Positions 41,255-50,636 of a stretch of 64,000 nucleotides of DNA are shown here, piece by piece. The stretch covers positions 24,193-88,192 of the forward strand of contig JAIXYI010000084.1 of assembly GCA_027490305.1 (NCBI GenBank), in the 5' to 3' direction. The notes under the pieces were generated by a model. The model was not told where the DNA came from. It saw nothing but the letters and a program-made list of their open reading frames with translations, and ran no database searches. The translations under genes were made by a program, and so were the position numbers. Numbering within the stretch: position 1 is the stretch's first letter; every line of letters begins with the position of its first letter. This stretch comes from Flavobacteriaceae bacterium (lineage in GTDB: Bacteria; Bacteroidota; Bacteroidia; Flavobacteriales; Flavobacteriaceae).

Positions 41255-44095
41255 ATGAAGACAGACGCTTTTGCCTTGCGCCATTTGGGTCCACGTGAGA
41301 CCGATCTTTCCTATATGTTCCAAACCATCGGCGTGTCCGATATCGAACAGTTGATTTACGAAACCATTCCGGACGACATCCGCCTGAAAAAGGACCTCGA
41401 ACTCGATCCGGCCATGACCGAATATGAATACGCACAGCACATCCGTGCATTGGGCGAGACGAACAAGGTATTTACTTCGTATATCGGTCTCGGGTACCAT
41501 CCGACCATCGTGCCGGCGCCTATCCAGCGGAATATTTTTGAGAATCCCGGATGGTATACGGCCTATACACCGTACCAGGCTGAGATTGCCCAGGGACGTC
41601 TGGAAGCACTTCTGAACTACCAAACGACCGTCATCGAACTGAGCGGCATGGAAATCGCCAATGCGTCACTCCTTGACGAAGGCACCGCCGCCGCTGAGGC
41701 AATGGCGCTTTTGTTTGACGTCCGCTCACGCGACCAGAAAAAGAACGGGGCCAATAAGTTCTTCGTTTCGGCTGAGGTGCTGCCACAAACGCTATCTGTA
41801 CTCGAAACGCGTGCGACCCCCATCGGCATCGAACTCGTCATCGGTGACCACCAACAGTTCGGATTCACCTCTGATTTCTTTGGGGCACTGTTGCAATATC
41901 CAGGGAAGTTTGGACAGATTTATGACTACACCGACTTCATAACCGAAGCTAAGAAAAACGAAATCAAAGTTGCCGTCGCGGCAGATATCTTATCGCTGGT
42001 GCTCCTCAAGTCGCCAGGTGAAATGGGTGCGGATGTCGTAGTAGGCACTACCCAACGCTTCGGCGTGCCCATGGGCTTCGGCGGGCCACATGCCGCGTTC
42101 TTCGCTACCAAAGAAGAGTACAAACGCAGTATGCCAGGCCGTATTATCGGCGTAACGGTTGATACCGATGGCAACCGTGCACTTCGTATGGCGTTGCAAA
42201 CACGCGAACAGCACATCAAGCGCGAAAAAGCGACGTCTAATATCTGTACGGCACAGGTGCTGCTCGCCGTAATGGCCGGTATGTATGCCGTATACCATGG
42301 CCCGAAAGGACTGACCTATATCGCTAAGAAAGTACATAATAGTGCGCGTAAAGCGGCCGCCGGTCTTCAGGCGATGGGCATTCAACAGATCAATACTTCC
42401 TATTTTGATACGCTGTGCGTAAAGGCGGATACCAGAAAGATCCGTCCGGTAGCAGAAGCAAAAGGCGTCAATTTCTTTTACATCGACGACGAAACGCTGT
42501 CGATTTCCTTCAATGAAACCACATCCGATTCCGACATCGCCACCCTGTTCTCGATTTTCTCGGAAGCAGTTGGCGTAGCAGCCCCGGCGCTGTCTGAACC
42601 ACAGCAAGAGGTCGTGCCGACGGCGTTGCTTCGCACGGATCGCTTCCTGCAACATGATGTGTTCAACTCGTATCATTCCGAGACGGGTATCATGCGTTAC
42701 ATCAAAAAACTCGAGCGTAAAGATTTGGCCCTCAACCATTCGATGATCTCACTCGGCTCATGCACCATGAAGCTAAACGCCGCGTCAGAGATGCTGCCAC
42801 TAAGCATGGCCAACTGGAACAGCCTGCACCCGTTCGCTCCGGCGGATCAAGTACAGGGCTACCTTGAAATGCTGAAAAAACTCGAGCAACAACTAAATGT
42901 CGTAACAGGTTTTGCAGGCACGACATTGCAACCGAACTCAGGAGCGCAGGGCGAATATGCGGGCCTCATGGCGATTCGTGCCTATCATATCGCACGCGGA
43001 GAAGGACACCGTCACGTGTGCCTTATCCCAGCCTCGGCACACGGCACCAACCCTGCGTCAGCAGCCATGGCGGGTATGACCATCATCGTAACCAAAACCA
43101 TGGAGAACGGCAACATCGACGTGGAAGATGTGCGTGCCAAGGCCATCGAGCACAAAGACAATCTGTCGTGCCTCATGGTGACGTATCCATCCACGCACGG
43201 GGTGTTCGAAAGCGCCATCCGTGAAATTACCCAAATCATACACGATAACGGTGGACAGGTGTATATGGATGGTGCGAACATGAACGCACAGGTCGGACTC
43301 ACCAATCCGGCTACCATCGGAGCCGATGTCTGCCACCTGAACCTCCACAAAACCTTCGCTATTCCACACGGCGGCGGTGGACCGGGCGTAGGTCCTATCT
43401 GCGTGGCCGAACACCTTGTACCCTTCCTTCCAGGCAATCCGGTAGTATCGGTAGGAGGTGACCAGGCGATTACTGCCATTTCAGCAGCGCCGTACGGTTC
43501 CGCTTTGGTATGCCTTATTTCGTATGGCTACATCTGTATGTTGGGCGCCGAAGGATTGAAGAAGTCGACCCAATACGCCATCCTGAATGCAAATTACATG
43601 AAAGCGCGCCTCGAGGCCCATTACCCGATTCTATATACGGGCGAATGCGGACGAGCGGCCCACGAAATGATCGTTGACTGCCGCGCCTTCAAAGCGAAAG
43701 GCATTGAAGTGACGGATATTGCGAAGCGTTTGATGGACTACGGTTTCCACGCGCCTACCGTGTCGTTTCCGGTAGCGGGTACGCTGATGATTGAACCGAC
43801 TGAAAGCGAAGACCTTGCTGAACTCGACCGTTTCTGCGACGCGATGATTGCCATCCGTGCCGAAATCGAAGCGGCATCGGCTGAGGATCCGGAAAATGTA
43901 TTGAAAAATGCACCTCATACGCTTGCGATGCTGACGGCCGATACCTGGAGTTTCCCGTACTCACGCGAGCAGGCCGCCTTCCCACTCGACTATATCAGCG
44001 ACAACAAGTTCTGGCCAAGCGTGCGCCGCGTAGACGATGCCTATGGTGACCGGAATTTGATTTGCTCGTGTGCGCCGATTGAGGCGTATGCGTAA
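41255..44095 (+). CDS. gcvP: Glycine dehydrogenase (glycine cleavage P protein)
   Basis: Start moved to MKTDAFALRHLGP. WYTAYTPYQAEIAQGRLEAL, SMISLGSCTMKLN, CHLNLHKTFAIPHGGGGPG PLP motif. Confidence 0.97.
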   Translation: MKTDAFALRHLGPRETDLSYMFQTIGVSDIEQLIYETIPDDIRLKKDLELDPAMTEYEYAQHIRALGETNKVFTSYIGLGYHPTIVPAPIQRNIFENPGWYTAYTPYQAEIAQGRLEALLNYQTTVIELSGMEIANASLLDEGTAAAEAMALLFDVRSRDQKKNGANKFFVSAEVLPQTLSVLETRATPIGIELVIGDHQQFGFTSDFFGALLQYPGKFGQIYDYTDFITEAKKNEIKVAVAADILSLVLLKSPGEMGADVVVGTTQRFGVPMGFGGPHAAFFATKEEYKRSMPGRIIGVTVDTDGNRALRMALQTREQHIKREKATSNICTAQVLLAVMAGMYAVYHGPKGLTYIAKKVHNSARKAAAGLQAMGIQQINTSYFDTLCVKADTRKIRPVAEAKGVNFFYIDDETLSISFNETTSDSDIATLFSIFSEAVGVAAPALSEPQQEVVPTALLRTDRFLQHDVFNSYHSETGIMRYIKKLERKDLALNHSMISLGSCTMKLNAASEMLPLSMANWNSLHPFAPADQVQGYLEMLKKLEQQLNVVTGFAGTTLQPNSGAQGEYAGLMAIRAYHIARGEGHRHVCLIPASAHGTNPASAAMAGMTIIVTKTMENGNIDVEDVRAKAIEHKDNLSCLMVTYPSTHGVFESAIREITQIIHDNGGQVYMDGANMNAQVGLTNPATIGADVCHLNLHKTFAIPHGGGGPGVGPICVAEHLVPFLPGNPVVSVGGDQAITAISAAPYGSALVCLISYGYICMLGAEGLKKSTQYAILNANYMKARLEAHYPILYTGECGRAAHEMIVDCRAFKAKGIEVTDIAKRLMDYGFHAPTVSFPVAGTLMIEPTESEDLAELDRFCDAMIAIRAEIEAASAEDPENVLKNAPHTLAMLTADTWSFPYSREQAAFPLDYISDNKFWPSVRRVDDAYGDRNLICSCAPIEAYA

Positions 44096-44113
44096 ATTAA
44101 AAATATCCTTATT

Positions 44114-44140
44114 AAAAGTCCCTTAAAACGAGGGACTTTT
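44114..44140. terminator. Terminator hairpin after gcvP
   Basis: AAAAGTCCCT-TAAAACG-AGGGACTTTT. Confidence 0.75.
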
Positions 44141-44170
44141 ACTATTTTGCGGCCTCTCTAACGTACAAAA

Positions 44171-45520
44171 TTGAAAGCTCTGCTCCAGGCGTTTTTTCTG
44201 GCTGCGGCCATCCAGTTTGGTTGTGTCGCGCAGGATAGTCATGTCCGCTACCAGTCATCCCACAAAGACTCGCTTCTTTCGTATGTAGATGCCATAACGG
44301 AAAAGAAAATCGCAAAGTTCAAGGGGCCGAACCAAAAGCAGATTCGGGAAATTCTGGAGGAGCGTAAAAAGGACTTCCAGAAGAACCTGGCCGATTCGAC
44401 CTTCGTTTTTGATGACCGTATCAATGCCTACCTGAATCAATTACTGCGTAGGATTTATCAGTCCAACCCACAGTTAGTGACCAAGGACTTTTATTTTTTT
44501 GTAGACAAGTCGCCCATTCCCAACGCATCATGTTACGGCAACGGTATCTTCACGGTAAACCTCGGCCTGTTGAACCTAATCGAGACCGATGATGAGTTGG
44601 CCTTTATCTTTTGTCACGAAATCGGGCACTACCTATTAGAGCATAACGACGAGTCGCTGTTGCGCTACGTCGCCACGATGGGTTCAAAAGAAACCAAAAC
44701 CCGCATCCGGAGTATCAAAAAAGCGGAGTACGGCCAGTTCTCGGCCTATCGCGAGTTGATGAAGGACCTGAGCTACAACTTCCTGAGACGAAGCCGATCC
44801 GACGAACTTCAGGCAGATTCCATTGGCTACCGGATGTATGCCAACACCCGTTTTGCAAAAGGGGCGGCTACCTCCGCCTTAAAACGCCTTCGGGAATCGG
44901 ATAGCCTTATGTTCGCGTCAGACAGTGATGTGCGGCGGCATTTCAACTTCGCCAATTATCCTTTCAAAGAGGGCTGGCTAAAGGCTGAGGAAACCTTATT
45001 GGATGTAAAGGAAAAATCGGATGATTATGCACTGGACAAAGATTCGGTGTCAACCCACCCCGAAATACCGGCCCGCATCGCGCGTCTGCACGCCATCGGT
45101 GCACCCGACGACCCAGGTGCGCCGACAGAGGCACTCCGGCAGGTGAAGAAGCGCGCCGCCGCGATTACGATACAAGCGTTCATCGACGATTCAAGGGTAG
45201 ATATGGCGATCTACCTCGTGATGGTGCTCTTCAATCGGGGTGAACTCGACGAGCGCGCGTACGCCGAAACGATGGCGCTTTTGTTGAAACGTACCTACGA
45301 AATCAAGGATAACCACACCTTCGGGAAGTATGTGCCGCCGTTAAGCCCGTTTTCAGAGGAACGCTATCTGAACGAGGTGCGTACCTTCCTGCATCGACTC
45401 GAGCTAAAAAACGTCCGGAAAATCGGATATGAATTCTGCCAGAAATACAGCGCACTGATGTCGGGGAATGCGTCCTTTTCCAACACAACCCTCTTTTTCA
45501 AGAATCTTACACCTCCTTAA
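44171..45520 (+). CDS. M48 family zinc metallopeptidase, exported
   Basis: PIPNASCYGNG...VNLGLL, DELAFIFCHEIGH (HExxH), RSRSDELQADSIG, STHPEIPARI. TTG start. Confidence 0.85.
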   Translation: MKALLQAFFLAAAIQFGCVAQDSHVRYQSSHKDSLLSYVDAITEKKIAKFKGPNQKQIREILEERKKDFQKNLADSTFVFDDRINAYLNQLLRRIYQSNPQLVTKDFYFFVDKSPIPNASCYGNGIFTVNLGLLNLIETDDELAFIFCHEIGHYLLEHNDESLLRYVATMGSKETKTRIRSIKKAEYGQFSAYRELMKDLSYNFLRRSRSDELQADSIGYRMYANTRFAKGAATSALKRLRESDSLMFASDSDVRRHFNFANYPFKEGWLKAEETLLDVKEKSDDYALDKDSVSTHPEIPARIARLHAIGAPDDPGAPTEALRQVKKRAAAITIQAFIDDSRVDMAIYLVMVLFNRGELDERAYAETMALLLKRTYEIKDNHTFGKYVPPLSPFSEERYLNEVRTFLHRLELKNVRKIGYEFCQKYSALMSGNASFSNTTLFFKNLTPP

Positions 45521-45535
45521 TACACTCTTATTTCT

Positions 45536-45568
45536 CAAAACAAAACAGAACAAAACAGAACAAAACAG
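45536..45568 (+). repeat. CAAAACAGAA tandem repeat abutting a start codon
   Basis: CAAAA CAAAACAGAA CAAAACAGAA CAAAACAG then ATG at 45569. Confidence 0.85.
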
Positions 45569-47104
45569 ATGAAAAAAACGCTTTTGATGGCGGCGGTGGC
45601 GCTCATGGGCTTCGTCGCGCAGGCACAGAATGAGAAGACCCTTAACGATGTCGGTACGTTTTACCTCAGGAACACGGGGGCTATCATGGACAAAAACAAA
45701 GATGTCGATGGTTACTTCTTCTACTACGTCATGGATAAACTCAAAAAAGGGCAAAACGAATTTGCTATCCAGATACTCGACAAAAATCTCACCGAGGTAG
45801 CGAAGAAGTCATATGTGGACGACAAAAATACGGTACTGCTTGAAGGGGAGTTCAACGGCCAGAATCTCATGTTCCTGATGGCAAATTTCAGCAAGAAAAA
45901 AATGACCCTGCTTACGTTCGACAGGCAGGCAAACCAGACCAACAAAATTGAAATACCACTTACTTCTAAGACAGCCCAGTACTGTGGCATGATGTTTCAG
46001 GGCGGAACCTTGCCGCCTGCGCTTTTCGCGGTTGAGAATCGGGGATTTCTGTTCAGTGAAATGAAGTATGAAGGAAAAATGGGCTTTTCACTCCGCTATT
46101 TTCCGACTGACGGCGGGAAAGGCTGGGAATATAATTCACCTGATTCAAAAGAGCATTTGGGAATTACGCCTATTGAAGTCAACGAGAAGTTTATCGTGGC
46201 CCTCGAAACGGTTGTGAAAGGAGGATTTTCGCGTAAGGTATCATCAAGCGTCAAAGTGATTGAGACGACGACGGGTAAAGTGCTTTTTGAAAAAGATTAT
46301 GAACAGGCCACCAAGCCCCGCTCTGTCAATAACGCTTTTGTAAACGCCGACGGTTCGATTGTGCTACTCGGAGAGTATTTCAAGGAAGGGGATAACATGG
46401 TGAAAGACCAAAGCCTCGGTTTGTTTACAGAAGTAATAGACGGTTCGGGTAAAACCATTGCGGAGAACTTTGCCAGTTGGGACACCGACGTGGCGAAAGT
46501 TATGAAGGTCAAGAACGGAAAGGTGAGCGATAAAGGGTATATCTTATTCCACGACATTATCAAAACAGGTAACCAAAACTACTACGCGATTGGCGAGTAT
46601 TATAAAAAAACGGCCAGCGCGGGTGGCATTGCCTTAAATGTCTTGAGTCGCGGTGCTTCTACAGCGGGTAACACCCAATTAACAATAACGGATGCGGTGG
46701 TCTTTAAGTTCGATTCAAATTTCAAACTGCTTTCTGTACAGGAATTCGACAAGGGCACCTCGCGGGTGCCGAACCTCGCCGATTTCGGAAGTCCACAGCT
46801 CAACGCACGCATAGCCAAAATGAGGGGCGGTTTTGACTTCCTGTATACCCAGCGCGATCTTGCACAAGACCGTTTCTACGCCTCATTTATTGACTATGAA
46901 AGGTTGAAGGGCGAATCCAATAAGTTTGCTTACAAGAGTATTATTTACGATGATGGGGAACTCAGCCAGGATAAATTTTACCTTACCACCAAGTCGAAGG
47001 AGTTCAAAGTCCTTCCGGCTAAAGTCGGACACGTACTGTTGCTCGAATACAACAAGAAAGAGAAATCGATCTCATTGCACCTCGAAAAACTCAACATTAA
47101 GTAA
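45569..47104 (+). CDS. Secreted beta-rich hypothetical protein (possibly DUF6770 family, from memory)
   Basis: Signal peptide ending AQA-Q; 511 aa of alternating beta-strand pattern; no catalytic motif recognised. Confidence 0.75.
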   Translation: MKKTLLMAAVALMGFVAQAQNEKTLNDVGTFYLRNTGAIMDKNKDVDGYFFYYVMDKLKKGQNEFAIQILDKNLTEVAKKSYVDDKNTVLLEGEFNGQNLMFLMANFSKKKMTLLTFDRQANQTNKIEIPLTSKTAQYCGMMFQGGTLPPALFAVENRGFLFSEMKYEGKMGFSLRYFPTDGGKGWEYNSPDSKEHLGITPIEVNEKFIVALETVVKGGFSRKVSSSVKVIETTTGKVLFEKDYEQATKPRSVNNAFVNADGSIVLLGEYFKEGDNMVKDQSLGLFTEVIDGSGKTIAENFASWDTDVAKVMKVKNGKVSDKGYILFHDIIKTGNQNYYAIGEYYKKTASAGGIALNVLSRGASTAGNTQLTITDAVVFKFDSNFKLLSVQEFDKGTSRVPNLADFGSPQLNARIAKMRGGFDFLYTQRDLAQDRFYASFIDYERLKGESNKFAYKSIIYDDGELSQDKFYLTTKSKEFKVLPAKVGHVLLLEYNKKEKSISLHLEKLNIK

Positions 47105-47108
47105 CTTT

Positions 47109-47138
47109 AAGGTCCCCTGAAACGGGGACCTTTTTTTT
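47109..47138 (+). terminator. Intrinsic terminator whose T8 tail abuts the next ATG
   Basis: AAGGTCCCC-TGAAAC-GGGGACC followed by TTTTTTTT and then ATG. Confidence 0.85.
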
Positions 47139-47516
47139 ATGAAAGACATCCAAACCCAAAACGACCTCTACCAACTCGTCGATACCTTCTATCAACGTTT
47201 GTTAGCCGATCCGGCCATTGCCTACATCTTCACCGATGTGGTCAAAATCCACCTCGAAGAACACCTGCCCATCCTCGTAACGTTTTGGTCGCAGGCCATT
47301 CTGGGAACCGGCGGCTACACCCGCAACCTGACCCAGTTACATTTAGACGTCAGTGCCAAAGAACGCCTTACCCCTGAGCTCTTCCAGATTTGGCTCGGCC
47401 ACTTCAATGCCAGCGTCGATTTTCTTTTCAAAGGCCCTAAAGCCGAACAGATCAAGACACAGGCCCTTAGTATTGCCGCCATTATGCAAATTAAGATTGC
47501 AGCGCAGGAAAAATAA
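47139..47516 (+). CDS. Group III truncated hemoglobin
   Basis: LVDTFYQRLLAD...F, EHLPILVTFWSQAILG, Y...H, ELFQIWLGHF. Confidence 0.85.
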   Translation: MKDIQTQNDLYQLVDTFYQRLLADPAIAYIFTDVVKIHLEEHLPILVTFWSQAILGTGGYTRNLTQLHLDVSAKERLTPELFQIWLGHFNASVDFLFKGPKAEQIKTQALSIAAIMQIKIAAQEK

Positions 47517-47635
47517 CACAAAATGCAATCGTCGAGCCGGTTTATAACGAAATCCGTAATTCGGGTCTTCAAATGACATCCGTCAGGAAACGCTTCCGTA
47601 ACAATTTCGTAATTTCGTGAGGATAACCTAAACGC

Positions 47636-48694
47636 ATGAACATAAAGATAACCGGATCCGGGAGTTATATACCCAACGTACGTGTCACTAATGCCGAATT
47701 CGCCCAACACGTTTTCCTTAGTGAAGACGGCGCAAACCTTCCGTATCCCAACGAAACGGTCACCGAAAAATTCCGCGAAATCACCGGTATCGAAGAACGA
47801 CGCTACGTTGAAAATGACCTGCTGACATCCGATATTGCGTTCATGGCCGCCGAAAAAGCCATCGCCGACGCGGGCATCGACCCCGAAACGCTCGATTACA
47901 TCATATTCGCACACAACTTCGGTAACGTCAAGAAAGACGCCATCCAAACCGATATCCTGCCCAGCCTCGCCAGCCGTGTCAAATACAGCCTCCGCATCCG
48001 CAACCCAAAATGCGTCGCCTACGACATCCTGTTCGGATGCCCCGGTTGGGTAGAAGGCGTCATTCAGGCGCAAGCGTTCATCAAAGCCGGAATGGCCAAA
48101 CGCTGTCTCGTCATCGGAGCCGAAACGCTCTCTCGCGTAGTCGATATGCATGACCGCGACAGCATGATTTACTCCGACGGTGCAGGTGCCACGGTCATTG
48201 AAGCCACCGACGAACCCGGCGGCATCCTCGGTCATGCCACGGCTACCTTTTCCTACGACGAAGCCTACTACCTCTTTTTCGGTAACTCGTTCAATAAAGA
48301 CCACGATCCAGACGTGCGCTACATCAAGATGCACGGCCGCAAAATCTACGAATTCGCCCTCTCCAATGTGCCAAAAGCCATGAAAGACTGCCTTGACGCG
48401 AGCGGTGTCGACATCTCCGAAATCAAAAAAGTGCTGATCCACCAGGCAAACGAAAAGATGGATGAAGCCATCGTCCATAGATTCTACAAGCTGTATAACC
48501 AGCGACCACCCGAAGGCATCATGCCGATGAGCATCCATTACCTCGGCAATTCCAGTGTTGCCACGATTCCGACGCTCTACGACCTCCTCGTCAAAGGAAA
48601 AATCCGCGAACAGGCCCTCAACAAAGGCGATGTTGTTATCTTTGCATCCGTCGGCGCCGGCATGAACATCAATGCGTTCGTGTATCGGATGTGA
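47636..48694 (+). CDS. fabH: 3-oxoacyl-ACP synthase III family protein
   Basis: ITGSGSYIP, TGIEERRY, catalytic triad GCPGW (Cys), IHQAN (His), LGNSS (Asn). May be a FabH paralog. Confidence 0.85.
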   Translation: MNIKITGSGSYIPNVRVTNAEFAQHVFLSEDGANLPYPNETVTEKFREITGIEERRYVENDLLTSDIAFMAAEKAIADAGIDPETLDYIIFAHNFGNVKKDAIQTDILPSLASRVKYSLRIRNPKCVAYDILFGCPGWVEGVIQAQAFIKAGMAKRCLVIGAETLSRVVDMHDRDSMIYSDGAGATVIEATDEPGGILGHATATFSYDEAYYLFFGNSFNKDHDPDVRYIKMHGRKIYEFALSNVPKAMKDCLDASGVDISEIKKVLIHQANEKMDEAIVHRFYKLYNQRPPEGIMPMSIHYLGNSSVATIPTLYDLLVKGKIREQALNKGDVVIFASVGAGMNINAFVYRM

Positions 48695-48711
48695 CGATTG
48701 ATTTGAAGCTG

Positions 48712-48855
48712 ATCCGGCTGTTTGCTGCAAGTCCTCACCGGCGTGCCGGTTTTTTGTCGGTTTCCCGCGAGCTTCCTTCGGTCGCTGCGGTCTCCCGCAA
48801 AAAACAACGGCACCCCGCTTCCGGGCTTTCCGCGTCCATCCGGGCTAAAACCGCT
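48712..48855 (-). repeat. Long imperfect hairpin repeat element (Flavo-1/REP-like)
   Basis: GTGCCG-GTTTTTTG (48743-48756) pairs with CAAAAAAC-AA-CGGCAC (48798-48813), with an inner stem CCGC-G-AGC/GCT-GCGG; minus strand carries GCGGAAAGCCCGG, GCGACCGAAGG and GAGGACT. Confidence 0.6.
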
Positions 48856-48857
48856 AC

Positions 48858-49379
48858 ATGTACGAAACAACCTTTCCCAACAAACGCTTCCGGCACACGC
48901 TGGAATTCCTGAAAAAACACGTGTCGACGTCCGAGACGATCCTCGACCTGGGCGTACCAAACCCGTTTTCCGAGATCATGCTGCAAAACGGCTACCAGGT
49001 GCAGAACACATCCGGCGAAGACCTTGACAACGACCAGTCGGCGCTGCAATCCAGTAATGCAACCGTGGTCACGGCCTTTGAAATCTTCGAACACCTGCTC
49101 AATCCGTACACCATTTTGCAATCGATGAAGGCCGACAAACTCGTACTGTCGATCCCGATGCGGTTGTGGTTTGCGCCGGCCTATCGCAGCAAAACCGATC
49201 CCTGGGACCGCCACTACCATGAGTTTGAAGACTGGCAACTTGACTGGCTGCTCGAAAAAACCGGCTGGACGATCCTTGACCGCCAGAAATTCACCAATCC
49301 GGTGAAGAAAATCGGCTGGCGTCCGCTGCTCCGTCGGTTTACGCCCCGTTATTACATCATCTACGCCGAGCGCCGATGA
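48858..49379 (+). CDS. Short class I SAM-dependent methyltransferase-like protein
   Basis: ILDLGVPN, VTAFEIFEHLLNP, HYHEF. Confidence 0.75.
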   Translation: MYETTFPNKRFRHTLEFLKKHVSTSETILDLGVPNPFSEIMLQNGYQVQNTSGEDLDNDQSALQSSNATVVTAFEIFEHLLNPYTILQSMKADKLVLSIPMRLWFAPAYRSKTDPWDRHYHEFEDWQLDWLLEKTGWTILDRQKFTNPVKKIGWRPLLRRFTPRYYIIYAERR

Positions 49380-50233
49380 ACTACTACGTCGTCATCCCCG
49401 CGCACAACGAAGCGTCGTTCCTGAAATTGACGCTCGACTCGCTGGCCGCCCAAACGGTGCTGCCAACGAAAGTAGTGGTGGTTGACGACCATTCTTCCGA
49501 TGCGACGTTTTCAATCGCATCCGACTTCGCGCAACAGCACCCGTGGCTATCGGTGATTCGGGCCGAGTCTCACGCTGTGCACCTGCCCGGCAGCAAAGTC
49601 ATCCGCGCGTTTGAAAAAGGGTTTGCGACACTTGACCAAAATTTTGATATCATCGTCAAAGCCGATGCCGATCTTATTTTTCCGCCGTCGTATTTCGAGA
49701 CCATACTGCAACACTTCGCCTCTGACGAGCGCATCGGCATGGCCGGAGGGTTCGCTTATATCGAAAAGAATGGGGAGTGGGTATTGGAAAACCTGACCGA
49801 CAAAGACCATATACGGGGTGCGTTCAAAGCCTATCGCAAGGCGTGCTTCGACCAAATAGGCGGGCTGCGTCCTGCCATGGGCTGGGATACCGTCGACGAA
49901 CTGCTCTGCGCGTTCTTCGGCTGGAAGGTCGTTACCGACGATTCCCTTCACGTGCGGCACCTGAAACCGACCGGTGCCAATTACAACCAGGTGGCACGCT
50001 TCAAACAAGGAGAAGCCTTTTATTCCCTCGGTTACGGCTTTGCTATCACGGCCATTGCCTCGGCCAAGCTCGCCCTAATGAAAGGCAAACCCGCCCTGTA
50101 TTTTGACTATATGCGAGGTTTTCTCAAGGCGTCAAGGGCGCGAAAGCCGCTTTTGGTCACCGACGAACAAGCCGCTTTCATTCGTCATTACCGTTGGTCG
50201 CGAATGAAAGGTAAACTCGGGGGAAAATCCTGA
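49376..50233 (+). CDS. Glycosyltransferase family 2
   Basis: VVIPAHNE, VVDDHSSD, KADAD, GWDTVDE. Confidence 0.9.
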   Translation: MNYYVVIPAHNEASFLKLTLDSLAAQTVLPTKVVVVDDHSSDATFSIASDFAQQHPWLSVIRAESHAVHLPGSKVIRAFEKGFATLDQNFDIIVKADADLIFPPSYFETILQHFASDERIGMAGGFAYIEKNGEWVLENLTDKDHIRGAFKAYRKACFDQIGGLRPAMGWDTVDELLCAFFGWKVVTDDSLHVRHLKPTGANYNQVARFKQGEAFYSLGYGFAITAIASAKLALMKGKPALYFDYMRGFLKASRARKPLLVTDEQAAFIRHYRWSRMKGKLGGKS

Positions 50234-50329
50234 TGGGCGTTTTCCGGTGTACCGGGCTTTTTTTGACCGTTTTTTGGTAATAAACCGGGGCGTATGAACC
50301 AGTAAGGCGCGACATCCGTTCGGTTTCGT

Positions 50330-50337
50330 TATATTTG
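50330..50337 (+). promoter_or_regulatory. -7 element TATATTTG for DUF493-DUF4290-murA
   Basis: Exact TAnnTTTG 14 nt before the ATG at 50352. Confidence 0.65.
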
Positions 50338-50351
50338 CGTTTATTTTCGAC

Positions 50352-50636
50352 ATGGACAAAAAGACGGAGGAATTTTATATACGTTTGCGCGACGAGTTGC
50401 AAACCACATCGGCCTGGCCCTCAGATTATCTATATAAATTCATCGTGCCTACCGATGCCGGGAAAATCCGACAGGTAGAAGACGCCTTCGACAACCTCGG
50501 GGCGGTCATCACGACACACAAATCGAAGAATGGCAATTACACCAGTGTTTCGGTTAACGTGACCATGAAAAACCCGGATGCCGTGATCGAAAAATACATC
50601 GCCGTCTCGACTATCGAGGGCATAATCTCATTGTAA
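50352..50636 (+). CDS. DUF493 (YbeD-like) family protein
   Basis: WPSDYLYKFIVP, SKNGNYTSVSV; stop overlaps the next ATG. Confidence 0.8.
   Translation: MDKKTEEFYIRLRDELQTTSAWPSDYLYKFIVPTDAGKIRQVEDAFDNLGAVITTHKSKNGNYTSVSVNVTMKNPDAVIEKYIAVSTIEGIISL

Noticed and set aside
47315-48730. 471-aa antisense ORF over fabH
   Set aside because: Exact shadow of a well-formed gene; no motifs. Codon bias of the sense strand explains the lack of stops.
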